This document shows positions 21,258-32,673 of a stretch of DNA of 64,000 bases, piece after piece. Below the pieces are notes generated by a model. The model made no database searches and had not been told where the DNA came from. It saw nothing but the letters and a program-made list of their open reading frames with translations. Every line of letters starts with the position of its first letter. Position 1 is the stretch's first letter. This DNA is from Epithemia pelagica (Eukaryota; Protista; Bacillariophyta), in NCBI GenBank assembly GCA_946965045.2, contig OX337237.1, forward strand, positions 1-64,000, in the 5' to 3' direction. Both the position numbers and the translations under genes were made by a program.

Positions 21258-21906
21258 TAGTAGGTGTCTTTTACGAAGACGTTCCTTCTGTCCCTCTCGT
21301 CGTGGGACTGTTCCAGACCGTCGAGATTCTCATTTTCCGTCACTGGTTGGGACAGTACTAGCTCTTCGTATTCGGTCGCTGTTCCACACGTCCGAACTTA
21401 ACACTACAAAGAAATTATCTGCACTACCATCCGCCTTTGAGTCGGAGGGAATGGTACACGTATTCGGTAGGGCTATAGGCCCATCCACGATCCTGGGGAT
21501 GAATTTGGGGGAACTCGAGGGAAAGGAAGGCGGAAAGCGAGCGATCCACGCCGGGTGTACAATCACCAAGACCTGGTAAAAATACAGTACTATAATCTTT
21601 TCGGTCTGCCCATGCACACGCGACCTTCTCATTGTGACAGATGCCTTGGACTGGACCAACCACACTGCTCCGAAATTTATAGTCAAGCCCCAACAAACAG
21701 TGCGAGGCAACACATACACATAAACACAAACCCAACCACAACGACGAGAAGGCCAACACTCCACCACCAGAGCAAGCAAAGTGCTTTGTACATACACATC
21801 AAAGCAAACCATTCTACCTGTTCCGAAATCCCTTTGGAAACAACCACCACAAGGTTGAAGCAAGACAACAAGAGAGCGCCCGTGCAAGCACCACCACCGT
21901 ACTACC

Positions 21907-24900
21907 ATGACAGCCTATGCGACGCCTCCAACCGCAACCGCAACACCAACCAGTAATCCTCGCTATTGCTTTCATCGGCATGAATTGTATCATTGCATTC
22001 CCTTGAAACAACTCAAGGCCATTCTCGTCGAGCTCGAGTCGTCGTATCGTCCCACGGATCGATCTGATTTGATTCAGTACCTGCTCGAAACAGGAGCCGT
22101 CCAATTGCACCACGACAAAGCAGCACATGAAGAAACACCCAAACAACCACACCATGCCGGTGCACATGTGGTCTTGTCGTCGGAATACCAATTGTCGAGC
22201 TTGCAACGCATGTCGGTGCGACAATTGAAAACCTTGTTGCACCAACATAAACAGCAACAGTCATTACCAAATACGGCACCCCAGGAAACAACCACAACTG
22301 CATCTACCACGGACCACTCCACCGTGTCCTCCTTGTCCTCCTCTTCCGAACAGCAACAACATATGTTGGAAAAGCAAGATTTGATTGACTTGTTGCAACG
22401 GTCCTGTCCTCATGTCACCATTGTCCACGATGCCAAAGCCTTTCCCAAAAAATCACAACCAAGCACAGGTGCTACTGGCACAAGTGCTACTACTAGTACT
22501 CCCCCCTCCAGTCCCCGAAGAAATTCTCGGCACCAAACTCCGAATCGAAGAAGAAGCACTAGCACTAGCACTACTGCAAGTCCTATTAACATTGCCAAAC
22601 CCAAACAGTCCACGACGCAACGCATGGAACCCTCTCGTCTTTCGTCTCGGACGGCTTCTCTTATGAAAACTACTACCACTACGGCACGCATTGTCGATAC
22701 GGGCATTCGCATTCGAGCTGGGACGGCACCCAACTCGCCAACGTTATCTGCCAAGAATAGCACCACGACAAGTGATGCACCGGCTGCCAAGTGGAGTTCG
22801 GCTTCCGTGACGGCGGCAACGACATCCTGCTCCTCGTCGTCTCATTCCACCGCATCTCCTCCCTCGTCTCCTCCAAGTCGGCGGCCTGATCCACCCCTGG
22901 TGATGCAAATTCCCATTCTCTCGTCGTCTTCCACACACAGTCGCTCTCCTGCTTCCACAGCGGACCGCGACATGGCTCCTACGACGACGACATTGGATGC
23001 ACCATCCGTGCATTCCCAAACCAGTCACCGTACTAGTACCACTACGACGCCCGTCAATTTTGTGGGCCTGCACGAATCCTTTGGCCATGATGATTCCTTT
23101 TCGTGGATGAATGCCAGTCAGGATGGCAGTGTCTTTTCCCAATATCAAAAACAGCAGCAGCGACAACAAGAGCAAGAACAGGAACAAGAGCAGGCCACGA
23201 CATCGCCCCAGTCGTCATCCTCCGCCAAACAAGAGAAACGAAGCAGCAGCAAAAAGAAGAACAACAAGAATAAACTCTTGGCAGCCGAAGAGGATACCAC
23301 GGAAGTGACTCTGACAGATCCCATTTTCTTGGCAGAAGAACCATCACCAGCTATGAATATCGAGACCACGTCTCCCTCGAATCAGAAACAAAGAAGGTCC
23401 TCGTCCAAGAAGTTGAGTCGTCGAATTGAACAAGAAGATGAAGACGAGGACGAGACGGAGGATGATCGTCCCCGTCGCCGCCGGAGTAGCAATAGTCAAC
23501 GAGGGAGAAGGAGTCGCAGCTACCATGAGGTCCAAGACGACGACGAAGAAGAAGACGATACTACCAAGCCCCGTTCCTCGAGCGACAAGAAGAAAAAGAA
23601 AAAGGACAAGAAACACAAGAAGTCCAAGAGTCCCACCAAAGAAAGTCGACGATCGTCCTCCCAACGGAGATCTTCCTCGTCTGCCAAACCCAGACGTCGT
23701 CGTTCCAGTTGTCCGGAATCCTCCACGTCCTCCTCGTTTGTGGAACAATCCTCCTCCCAACATGGGGAAGAGTATTTTAGTGAGAGTAGTTGTAGCAGTT
23801 ACTACAGTACCAGTACGCGTGGACGTGTCGGAGGAGACAACCGCAAGAAGGACCATGTCTATCAAGATGCCTCCTCTTCGTACTACGAGGACGATCTACT
23901 CAGCAGTGAAGATCCCTTTCACGACGATGGCTTGGATGAAGATTTGCTCTTTGTTCTCCAAAATGCACCCACTGCACCAACATCGTCCACCCATCACAAG
24001 AACAAAACAACCAAGGAAGAGGACGACGCTCAAGACTTTTCCTCCTCTTCTCATCATCGGAGTAGAACCAACAAGTCGAAAGCCAAATCCTTTTCCAAGC
24101 AACAGGATGCGGCATCTCTCCAAGATCATACTTCCACAACGGTATCTTCCTCCACCACCACCAACTCCTTGTTGTCCTCTCCCTTGTTATTGCAGCCCTT
24201 GCCTCCCTCTCGCCTGGATCCCAAACGTGTTCAAGGACGGGGGAGTCTAGTATCATCGCGCAAAAAGCTCTCGGTGGCGGGCCGTCGTGCGTCCTGCTCC
24301 GTTCCGGCGAACCCCGCTCTCGAGGACCCTACCAATCCCAGTAGTAGTACTGCCACAATCCCACCACCAGAGTCGTCCGACACAAACACTGATGGAAGGA
24401 CCAAAAGCTTTTTCAAACCACCACCATTGCTTTCCCAAGAGTCACAAGAAGTAGTACCCGAAGGAAATGGAGGAGAAGGAGGAAACGACTCGTGGTTCCC
24501 CAACAACACCAAGACCGCCTGCCACAAGCCTTCTGACGCCCCGACAAGTCCCACGAAAGCCCGGGTTCCTACCGAGAGCATCACCATTCCGTGCAACACC
24601 ACCACCTCCAACAACACTACCAGTAGCAACAAAAGCACAAGCACAACCTCGAGTGTTTCGTCTCTGTCCTCTTCGTCGCACAACAACAACACCACCAAGA
24701 ACCAAAAGACGTCCTTGTCGTCGGCCAACCAATTTCCGTATAGCCAGTACGTCATCGCCCCTTCGATCACGGACCAGCAAGCACAAAGAGGAGTGACTCC
24801 CATGGCTCGAGCCTTGTCCCTGACAAGACTGAAGCAAGAGGAACAAAATGACCAAGATTCCAAGAGAAGCAACTTGCGCAAAGTTCAAAGTGAGCGACAA

Positions 24901-26109
24901 GTCTGTGATGATGCGACGGTGCAGCCCACCAAGGGCATTGTCATGGTCATTTCCACAGCCTTGGCTGTCAAACAGTCGGTTCGAGCCAACCAACACAAAG
25001 CCATGACTATTTTCAATCACAAACTCAAGCAAGTGCCATATGATACCTTGGACGTTGCCGACACCGCCTACGACAAGCGCAAAGCTCATCTACTCAAGGT
25101 TTGTCATGACACTGCGGGAGAAACTCCAGCCACGTCCGAGTATCCTCTCTTTTTTTTGGTCACTCAGGCCAACACAAAACAGGAAGATGTCTCGTACAAG
25201 GGCAATTTTGAATGGTTTGAAACGGCATGGGAAGGCGGATTCCTGGAAGACATGCTGCTGGAGGAATCGCCCCTTCCTCCTGAACCACAGCTGTCAACAA
25301 CATTTGTCAAGGTCTTTCCTCCTCCATCAAGTTTCGGTGGAGGTAACGAGGAGAACGACAAGACAAGCACAGTGTCGCAGTCATTACAACCCCAAACTCC
25401 CAGGCAACAGAAAAAGGTCTCTGTTAGTACGGTTCTCCCCAGTCCCCGGTCGTCTCCTTCGAAAATCAAAACGACAGAAAGTGCAAAACCAAGTTCAAGA
25501 AGCAGCAGTATGCGAAGGTCCCTTTCTTCCCGAAAATTGTCCAAGAAATCACTCAAGGCGAAGCAAGATTTTTCACCCAGTCAACGAAGTCGATCCATGT
25601 CCAAGCTTCAATCTGGACCAGGTTCCCCTACCAAGTCACCTCTCCCTCTGTCTTGCCCTTTGAGCAGTGATAGGCACCCATGCCGTACCTTGCAGAGTAC
25701 ACTGGCGGACCATCCCAATCGAATCTTGATTTCCTTGAATGAACAGGAATCACGGTCAGGTTTTGTGACTGGTCCCATGATTGTCTTGTCCACTGCGTAT
25801 GCCATTCCTCATTCTGTGCGCATCAATCAACACAAGGCCTTGGAAATTTTGGATCAGCAAGAATTGTCATATCAAGTGTTGGATGCCTCCAACAGTAACC
25901 ATGACAAGGAACGGATGCAGCTGCTCGCCCAGACACATGCAGCCGCCGGAGAAACTGCAAAGTATCCGCATTTCTATTGGGTTGAAACAGAATCATCCGG
26001 GGAATCGCCTGAAATAGTCTACAAGGGTAACTTCGAATGGTTCCAGACTGCGCATGAAGCCGGGTTTCTCAAATCCATGGTGTTTCGCGTTGAAACTTCC
26101 TCCCCGTAG
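21907..26109 (+). CDS. 1400-aa low-complexity protein with N-terminal SAP/ARMET-C-like helices and two C-terminal SH3BGR/glutaredoxin-like domains
   Basis: Uninterrupted ORF. It has IPLKQLKAIL...RSDLIQYL and MSVRQLKTLL...EKQDLIDLL motifs, and two similar ~100-aa domains (VISTA..NQHKA..YDTLD..YPLFF..YKGNFEWF; VLSTA..NQHKA..YQVLD..YPHFY..YKGNFEWF). Confidence 0.75.
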   Translation: MTAYATPPTATATPTSNPRYCFHRHELYHCIPLKQLKAILVELESSYRPTDRSDLIQYLLETGAVQLHHDKAAHEETPKQPHHAGAHVVLSSEYQLSSLQRMSVRQLKTLLHQHKQQQSLPNTAPQETTTTASTTDHSTVSSLSSSSEQQQHMLEKQDLIDLLQRSCPHVTIVHDAKAFPKKSQPSTGATGTSATTSTPPSSPRRNSRHQTPNRRRSTSTSTTASPINIAKPKQSTTQRMEPSRLSSRTASLMKTTTTTARIVDTGIRIRAGTAPNSPTLSAKNSTTTSDAPAAKWSSASVTAATTSCSSSSHSTASPPSSPPSRRPDPPLVMQIPILSSSSTHSRSPASTADRDMAPTTTTLDAPSVHSQTSHRTSTTTTPVNFVGLHESFGHDDSFSWMNASQDGSVFSQYQKQQQRQQEQEQEQEQATTSPQSSSSAKQEKRSSSKKKNNKNKLLAAEEDTTEVTLTDPIFLAEEPSPAMNIETTSPSNQKQRRSSSKKLSRRIEQEDEDEDETEDDRPRRRRSSNSQRGRRSRSYHEVQDDDEEEDDTTKPRSSSDKKKKKKDKKHKKSKSPTKESRRSSSQRRSSSSAKPRRRRSSCPESSTSSSFVEQSSSQHGEEYFSESSCSSYYSTSTRGRVGGDNRKKDHVYQDASSSYYEDDLLSSEDPFHDDGLDEDLLFVLQNAPTAPTSSTHHKNKTTKEEDDAQDFSSSSHHRSRTNKSKAKSFSKQQDAASLQDHTSTTVSSSTTTNSLLSSPLLLQPLPPSRLDPKRVQGRGSLVSSRKKLSVAGRRASCSVPANPALEDPTNPSSSTATIPPPESSDTNTDGRTKSFFKPPPLLSQESQEVVPEGNGGEGGNDSWFPNNTKTACHKPSDAPTSPTKARVPTESITIPCNTTTSNNTTSSNKSTSTTSSVSSLSSSSHNNNTTKNQKTSLSSANQFPYSQYVIAPSITDQQAQRGVTPMARALSLTRLKQEEQNDQDSKRSNLRKVQSERQVCDDATVQPTKGIVMVISTALAVKQSVRANQHKAMTIFNHKLKQVPYDTLDVADTAYDKRKAHLLKVCHDTAGETPATSEYPLFFLVTQANTKQEDVSYKGNFEWFETAWEGGFLEDMLLEESPLPPEPQLSTTFVKVFPPPSSFGGGNEENDKTSTVSQSLQPQTPRQQKKVSVSTVLPSPRSSPSKIKTTESAKPSSRSSSMRRSLSSRKLSKKSLKAKQDFSPSQRSRSMSKLQSGPGSPTKSPLPLSCPLSSDRHPCRTLQSTLADHPNRILISLNEQESRSGFVTGPMIVLSTAYAIPHSVRINQHKALEILDQQELSYQVLDASNSNHDKERMQLLAQTHAAAGETAKYPHFYWVETESSGESPEIVYKGNFEWFQTAHEAGFLKSMVFRVETSSP

Positions 26110-26336
26110 CGAGCTAGGGGCAAATAATGCATAATATAGACTTGTTCGACGATACCAACAATCCCTGAACCTTTCTTCAACTTCTCCACGGGGACACGTA
26201 CCGCCTAGAGTAGGAAACGAATCCAAAATAGCGTGGTGTGGATGATACAAAAACATAAAGAGTGACTACTAGGCACCTCCAACTTAGAGGAGCTATCTAT
26301 CGCTAAACCTTCGCTCATAAACGCGACCCTTTCTCG

Positions 26337-29300
26337 GTCCCCTCGTGATTCGATAGTCCCTAACTACCGTAATCATGCACTTTCTCCTTCTCCTTCTATC
26401 CATTCCAACTGGACCTGCTTAAAGATCAGTTCATCATCTGACTGCAGGACGTACCCAAACCTGTTTTCCAACAGTGGGAAACGCACTTAGTACAAGATCA
26501 TCTCCGCTAGCCGCTTCCTTTCTGTGCCGGTCTGAACTTTAGTCAAGAGATCGGCAAGATTTGACTTTGATGGCTCATATGCAATTCGACATACTCCGTT
26601 TGCGACATTTTCCCTTACGAAATGATAGGCGATTGCATTCGATTTCTTGCGGAGGATGGATTCTGGTCTGGTACTGTTCTGTACCACCGACATATTATCA
26701 ACTCTGATGTGTGCATGACCGTCCAGAGGCACACCCAACATCCTCAATTTGTATCTCAAACCCTTGGTCATCTCGATACCCACTTTCAGGGCCATGAACT
26801 CAGAACCAAACGTCGAAGTCTCGACACTTGTCTGCTTCTTTGAATACCAATTTACTGGCGAACGATTTAAGAAGACCAAGACTCCCGTCCTTGAACGACG
26901 AGTCACCAAATCACCCGCGTGATCAGAATCAACAAAGACAGTAATTTGTACCGGTTTACCCAATGGTTCAGGTGCATCGGGTGGAATTTCTTCTTTTGCA
27001 TTGGGATAGAATCCGGACCAATCTGCCAATGGCTCCTCCCCATGGACAATATATGATGGATCAACACCAATCGCGACCTGTCATATTGATTGATGTAAGC
27101 GAAAACATGAAGGAGAGCATGTACATGTCCTTCTCTTGGACCAGCCAAATAAGCAGCCAACATTGAGACCTCTGTTGTTATATCGATCCTCCCGAGTTCT
27201 ACTAGCCATCGGAGAACTCCAATCTGTTGTTGAAAGAAAGATTGCCATTCTTGGTCACAGTAGGACGACGTGTCCAATTCAGGTCTGTATCCAGATGGGA
27301 GTACACCTGCTACTCTTGTCTTGAGCATCATGTCTCTTTCTTCCAGCCAAATCTTTACATTACGGATGGCTTCAGTGGCATATTTCTTTGAGCTCAATGC
27401 CCAACACCGTTTAGATACGTCGTTGTCGATGTCAAAAGTCTGAACTTCGTTTCCAAGGTAAATCTTGGGTGGACCTATTGAGTCCGGTTTCAATAGATAA
27501 TGCTGGTCAAGCATGTTGAGGATTTCACGTCCCCTGTGCGAGATTACGAGTACGTCGTCAATATAAATGAAGGCGAGTTCATAATATAAAGAACCATCTT
27601 GTTTCTTTGCTGGTCGCAAATACGTCAGGGTCAGCCTTGCAGGGCTTGAATCCCAACGATTCTTGTAGAGTTGTGGACAGGTGTTCTCTCCAGGCAAATG
27701 CACTGGTTTTGAGGCCATAGAGCGCTTTTGTTATTACTGCGTAACGTCCTTCGTACTCTTTTCCAAATTCGAGACCGCAGAGTGTACAAATCTTTTCGTG
27801 ACATGGGGCATTGAGATAAGCCCCGGCTATATCTGCGGCCGTCACGTCCACTCCATTCAATGCTGCCAACATGAACCCAATTCTCACACTTTCCCTGGAG
27901 ACAACGCTCGCATAGGTCGGTGTTTTGGGCTCTCCAGTCTTGTGGCCACCTGCAACATATCTTGCCTTTCGCGTAAAGTCCATCTTTACGTCAAATACGA
28001 TATGGCAGGGGATTACTTTGTGACCAACGGGCTGTGGCATTCCCTCATCCAGTACCTTTACTGCTGGGAATATCTTTGACATTTCAAGTTGCAATGCCTT
28101 GGCCCAGAAATCAGTGCCGGTCTCTCGGTCAATCTCCAACGCCCTTTCTACTGTTTTGGGCAGTTCGATACCGTATTTTTGTGATTTGCGGAAATATCGA
28201 GTCGACTTGGCCGCCTTGATCAGTCGATCCCGTCGCTTCAGAGCGAAAGCGACCCACCATGCAAATGCTGGCTCCTTGTCTATAAGGTTGGCCACAGCAT
28301 ATTCCACTACTTCCAAGGGATTGGATTCCTTGAGATCTTGCAACTTTTCCCAAGACGTTGACCCGTCTTTCCATTCGACACACAATGACCAACCTCTGGT
28401 AGTTCTTTTCTTATGCTCCCTCCCGTTCCAATGGAAAGTACCATCTGAGATAGAGATGGCCGATGCATCTTTCTTGTGATCAACGATACTGCTCAGGAGC
28501 CGATACTTATTGCCCTCTTCGTCAAGTTGTTCGTAGATGTTTTCCGCGATAAGGTTTGCCGCGTAAGACTCCACGTGACCATCTTGAAATTCGAGCTCGT
28601 ACATGGTCGTGTCTAGAATAGGGTTCGTTGAAGGTCGTCCAATGAGGTTGCCGTCTGCATTTCTTTTCCTTCGCTTGACCTGCCCCTGACGCAATGATCC
28701 TCCTAAAGGTAGCATGACTTTCGCTGCAATGAGCTTGTCATAGGAATCTGTCTTGTATTGGTCTAGGTCAGGCTTCCGGACATCTTCCTGTTCATCATCC
28801 TCATATGCGTCGTAAAAAGGAGTATCCGTTCCATCTTCATCGGGTTCTCCTTGTTCTATCGGCATTCCTTCAAACCTTGCACCCAATACGGCTTTTAAAT
28901 TAGCATCAAATTGTTCCCGCTGTGCTGTGAAGGTTTCATCGTGTGATTTCTCCGAAGACAGGGGCCAAACCGACGTCCTGTATATAATCTTTCCTTTATC
29001 AGTTAGGACTTTCGAGCTCATGGCTTGACCCACGCTTCGACTAGGTCCGAGCCATCGTCCCAACTTTCGACCTTCAAACCCAGGATTGGAGTACCAAACC
29101 GGGTCGTAACACCGATGTTCCACTAAGTGGGAAATATCGGGTGTGTCCCCTGTCAACATAGTTAGGGGTGGACCGGTATTGAATGGACTAGTCGACAAGA
29201 CTGTGTGAGATCGCCTTGCTGCCATTAGTTCAAGGCAGTGATCCATGAGGACTGAGGGACAATTAGTCCTTCTCATTTCACGGCGATACATCCTTTTTAG

Positions 29301-32295
29301 TTCCGGAATATTGGCTTCAGCCAGATTCTGGTTAGGAGTGTATGCCTCAATTGGTTTGATCCGGCAGCTGAACTTGTGCGCCGTCTTTCTGAAGTTACCG
29401 CTTGTTAACTCAGGTGCATTGTCAGGTATGACACTATTAAAGATGCCATAGTCACTGAATACTCTTTCAAGTGTCTTATGTGCATCCTTCTTTCGTTGCA
29501 TGGGATAGAACTCTACCCATCCAAAATCTGTCGCGTACACTTGTCCGCATGTATTCTGACCAAGTGACTTGACGTCTGAAAAGAGGGTATCTGTGTAGAC
29601 GTCCGCTCTTAACCGTCTATGCTTTAGCTGACACGCTGTATGGCGTAATCTCTTGCTTCCAATGGAGTCAGTAAAGTCTCGTACTCCCAATTGCGTTGTG
29701 GCCGAACAAGTCTTCTCAGCCAATGGAATGCCTATTCCCCATCTTCTTGATAGAGTCACAGGATCCACAGTCCCCTTTCGACGATGCCTCAAATCAGCGA
29801 TCGTCCTTGTGTTTACCCGAACCATTCGGGCCATCCTTTGATGCAAGTCTCTTGATTCTTTCTTTCGAATTGTATCTGTTTCTAAATCGACACGGAGTTT
29901 CCTTTCGTCGGCATCTGCCAAGTCATTCGGATCCCACTCCGGTGTGTCGTAAGTCATATGGATCCTGTTGCTCGGATCTATATTTTAATTTCATCCCAAG
30001 TTGGTTTCCTTACTGTGAAGGAGCTCATTACACCAACTAAGTCGAATGGGATGACAAGATGGTCACTTTCATCTGAGAAAGGAGCTATGATCGAATGCGA
30101 GTGACTGTTCCTGTCCTCACTCTTGATATATTTTAGAGGAACGTCATTCACTTTGACTCCTGCTTCTCTCATCTGGTTGGGGTTTAACAAGCATTTATTC
30201 ATCATCGGCAGATGGAGGGCCTGATGAAAATATAAGAGGTATGTTTCATTTGATTTGGGGTCGTCGTAGGCGACTACTCCAGTGATGATTGGAGTTTCTT
30301 TGATGCTTCCAAGTGAATTCGTAAATCCACTAACTTCTGCTTTGCCTGTCGTATATAGAACCAGACAGACATCTCCAAGGCAGCAAGTGTCCGCGTGACT
30401 ATCCAATTCACACGTTGCCGTCATAGCAGTTATTTCACTTGCTACCGTGCTGACTCTGTGTCAGACTCGGTCATTTCGCTTCTTCCTTTGGCTCATGATA
30501 GCACCAATGCCAGCTTCTCTATCTTCAGAGGAGTCATCTCCGTTACTTGTCGAATCTTCTGTCGTATCTGTTGCCGACGATAAGCCGTCATTATTCTTCC
30601 TTTTCTTCTTGCTCGAGTTTACCCCTGATGCAGTACGTTTCTTGGTACTGCTATTTTGCTTGTCTCGCGAGTCTCGAACCAATTGTTGTTGCTCAGGTGT
30701 GAGCTTTACCCATAACTTGTAAGGATAGTACTTGTTAGGGTTGTTCGGATCGAATTTGGTTGGGGTATTCTTATTGTTCCCTTTATTGTTTTTCTTGTTA
30801 CCGCTTGATTGGATAGCGGAAATCCTGGCCCTTCTCGTAGTAGCACTGTAGGAAACCTTGTTGTCTAGTACTTCTGCAAGATAACCTGATGCCACCTCAA
30901 ACGAGATTCGGAGATTTGGGGATGCTAGGATCTGATTCTTGGCACTCTCAAGTCGCGTATCATGAATACCCGTGAGAAGAATACGGATCTTCCTTTCTTC
31001 ACTCACGAATTCTCCTGTGGAATCGAGATCAGAAAAGGCCTTCTGCAAGGACTCAATATATTTCTCGTAGGTAAAGTTACGTTTTGAGCCGTCGTAATAG
31101 TTTGTCTCCAACGTTTGGTCTGCCTTCGCTCGCAAACGAGTCTGATAGGCATCTCCGAAGTAGTGATTTCTGAGGGCTCTGTAGGTTCCTCTGCCATCCC
31201 TGTTACGGCTGTACATCTGTACCCAGCCCCATCCAGGTCCATCATGGGTTCCATGCCTGACTGCGTCCCATACTGCTTCATTGTCGGTTAGGGCTGTTGG
31301 TCCTGTGTACGGTGCTCTTCGCACAAGCTCTTGGATTATACTTGGCCGACCATAGCCCGGATCAAGATTCAGAGGTGGTACTGTGTTGAGTGGACGAGTG
31401 TAAGCGGCCAAGGGAATGCCAGTTACTCCTCTCTTTCTTTCGAAGTAATCGTCCAAATCTTCCAGTGCGGTTCAGATATTTTCAACTGCAGTCAGCTTCT
31501 CGGGCAGTTCAATGTCGTTGTTCTTGTACTCGTCTTCACTTTCCTTGAATCGATATAGGTCTTGAAGATTTGGTAGCAATGAGGCAGGTGCAGCAGGGTC
31601 AAAAGGACGTGAGACTTTCATCAAATGATGAATGTAGTATCTCATCATCTTCAATCGCTTCTCGATTACATGGCCCACTAACACTCCTGGATTCGTAATG
31701 GTAGGGGCTATGCCGACAACCGGGTTGCCGAGGAAGTCGCTCGCTGACAGTAAGCTCTGAGCATGCAGAGCATCTCGAACTGTTTGCTGTTGAATCTGTA
31801 ACGTATTCAACCAGTAGTCATCTAGCTCTTGGAGCAGAGCTGCGGCATCGGGTGCTGCCATGGTTCAAATAGATCTTTCTTGATGGACTCTCTCAGACTT
31901 TCCAGTATTCGGAACTGTGTGCGTCGTGCGCACCTTACCTTCATTCATTCATTGAAGTAGATACATGAGCGATCACCAAGGTAGAGAGCGTGCACAGCTG
32001 CATTATCGTCCCGCGCCACATAAGTGGTTAAAACGCATGGTCGCATGGCAGGCTTTTTCTTTTCAACGGCAAAGAACAGGCGCGTCCGCCATTGCCCAGG
32101 GTGTGCGCAGTAGCAGTCCACACCCCTCACTAGTCCGGTCTGGCTCCGTTGCAAGTCAGATATTCAACGAGACTAGATCCTTGGGCGGATCATATGGACC
32201 TACTTAGTCCGATCCGGATATTTCTTGACCTTCCCAGGCCATTGTGCCCTTAGCTCCTTTTCTTCTTCCTCTTCAGCTCAGAGTCATTGGGTCCC
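26337..32295 (-). mobile_element. Decayed Ty1/copia retrotransposon 2 (different lineage from element 1); ends uncertain
   Basis: Minus-strand gag, protease (ELDSHADTCC), integrase (TDTLF/PDNA/NLAE), WKDG..SWE..EPAFAWW segment, RT (YIDD) and RNase H (VDSDHAG...ADLLTK). A PPT-like ATCACGAGGGGAC ends near 26337. No LTR pair was found. Confidence 0.85.
26487..31861 (-). pseudogene. Disrupted gag-pol of copia element 2
   Basis: In-frame TGA at 31472-31474 and 30461-30463, plus frameshifts near 29980, 27620 and 27060. These split one polyprotein into the track ORFs 31472..31861, 30461..31456, 29978..30424, 27579..29957, 26903..27718 and 26487..27029. Confidence 0.9.
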
Positions 32296-32673
32296 AGTGG
32301 GTGTCTACTGAATGTCTTAACTCCTAGCGCCTAAACAAAAATCATACTTAAACCAAAGCCCATAACCCAATAGACCGAACTCAAATTTATGATCGAAACC
32401 ATTTAAGAGCAAATTTGTCCGGGGGTAGACCCCTGCCCATGAACGTCGATCGTGATTCGGATCGTAAAACTTATACATACAAATATATATACATGTATAT
32501 GATATATCGCCTGGCCGCACCTTCTCTTCCCCCCAATCGAGCTACCTGACTCCAACCAACAGGTAGCTCTTTACCGCCTTTTCCAATTACTGGCCAGTAC
32601 CTGGCCCTCTTGTTTCGTTTGTCCCCTGATTCCTGTTTCTCTTTGATCGAATACCCTCTTCCATCATCACACC

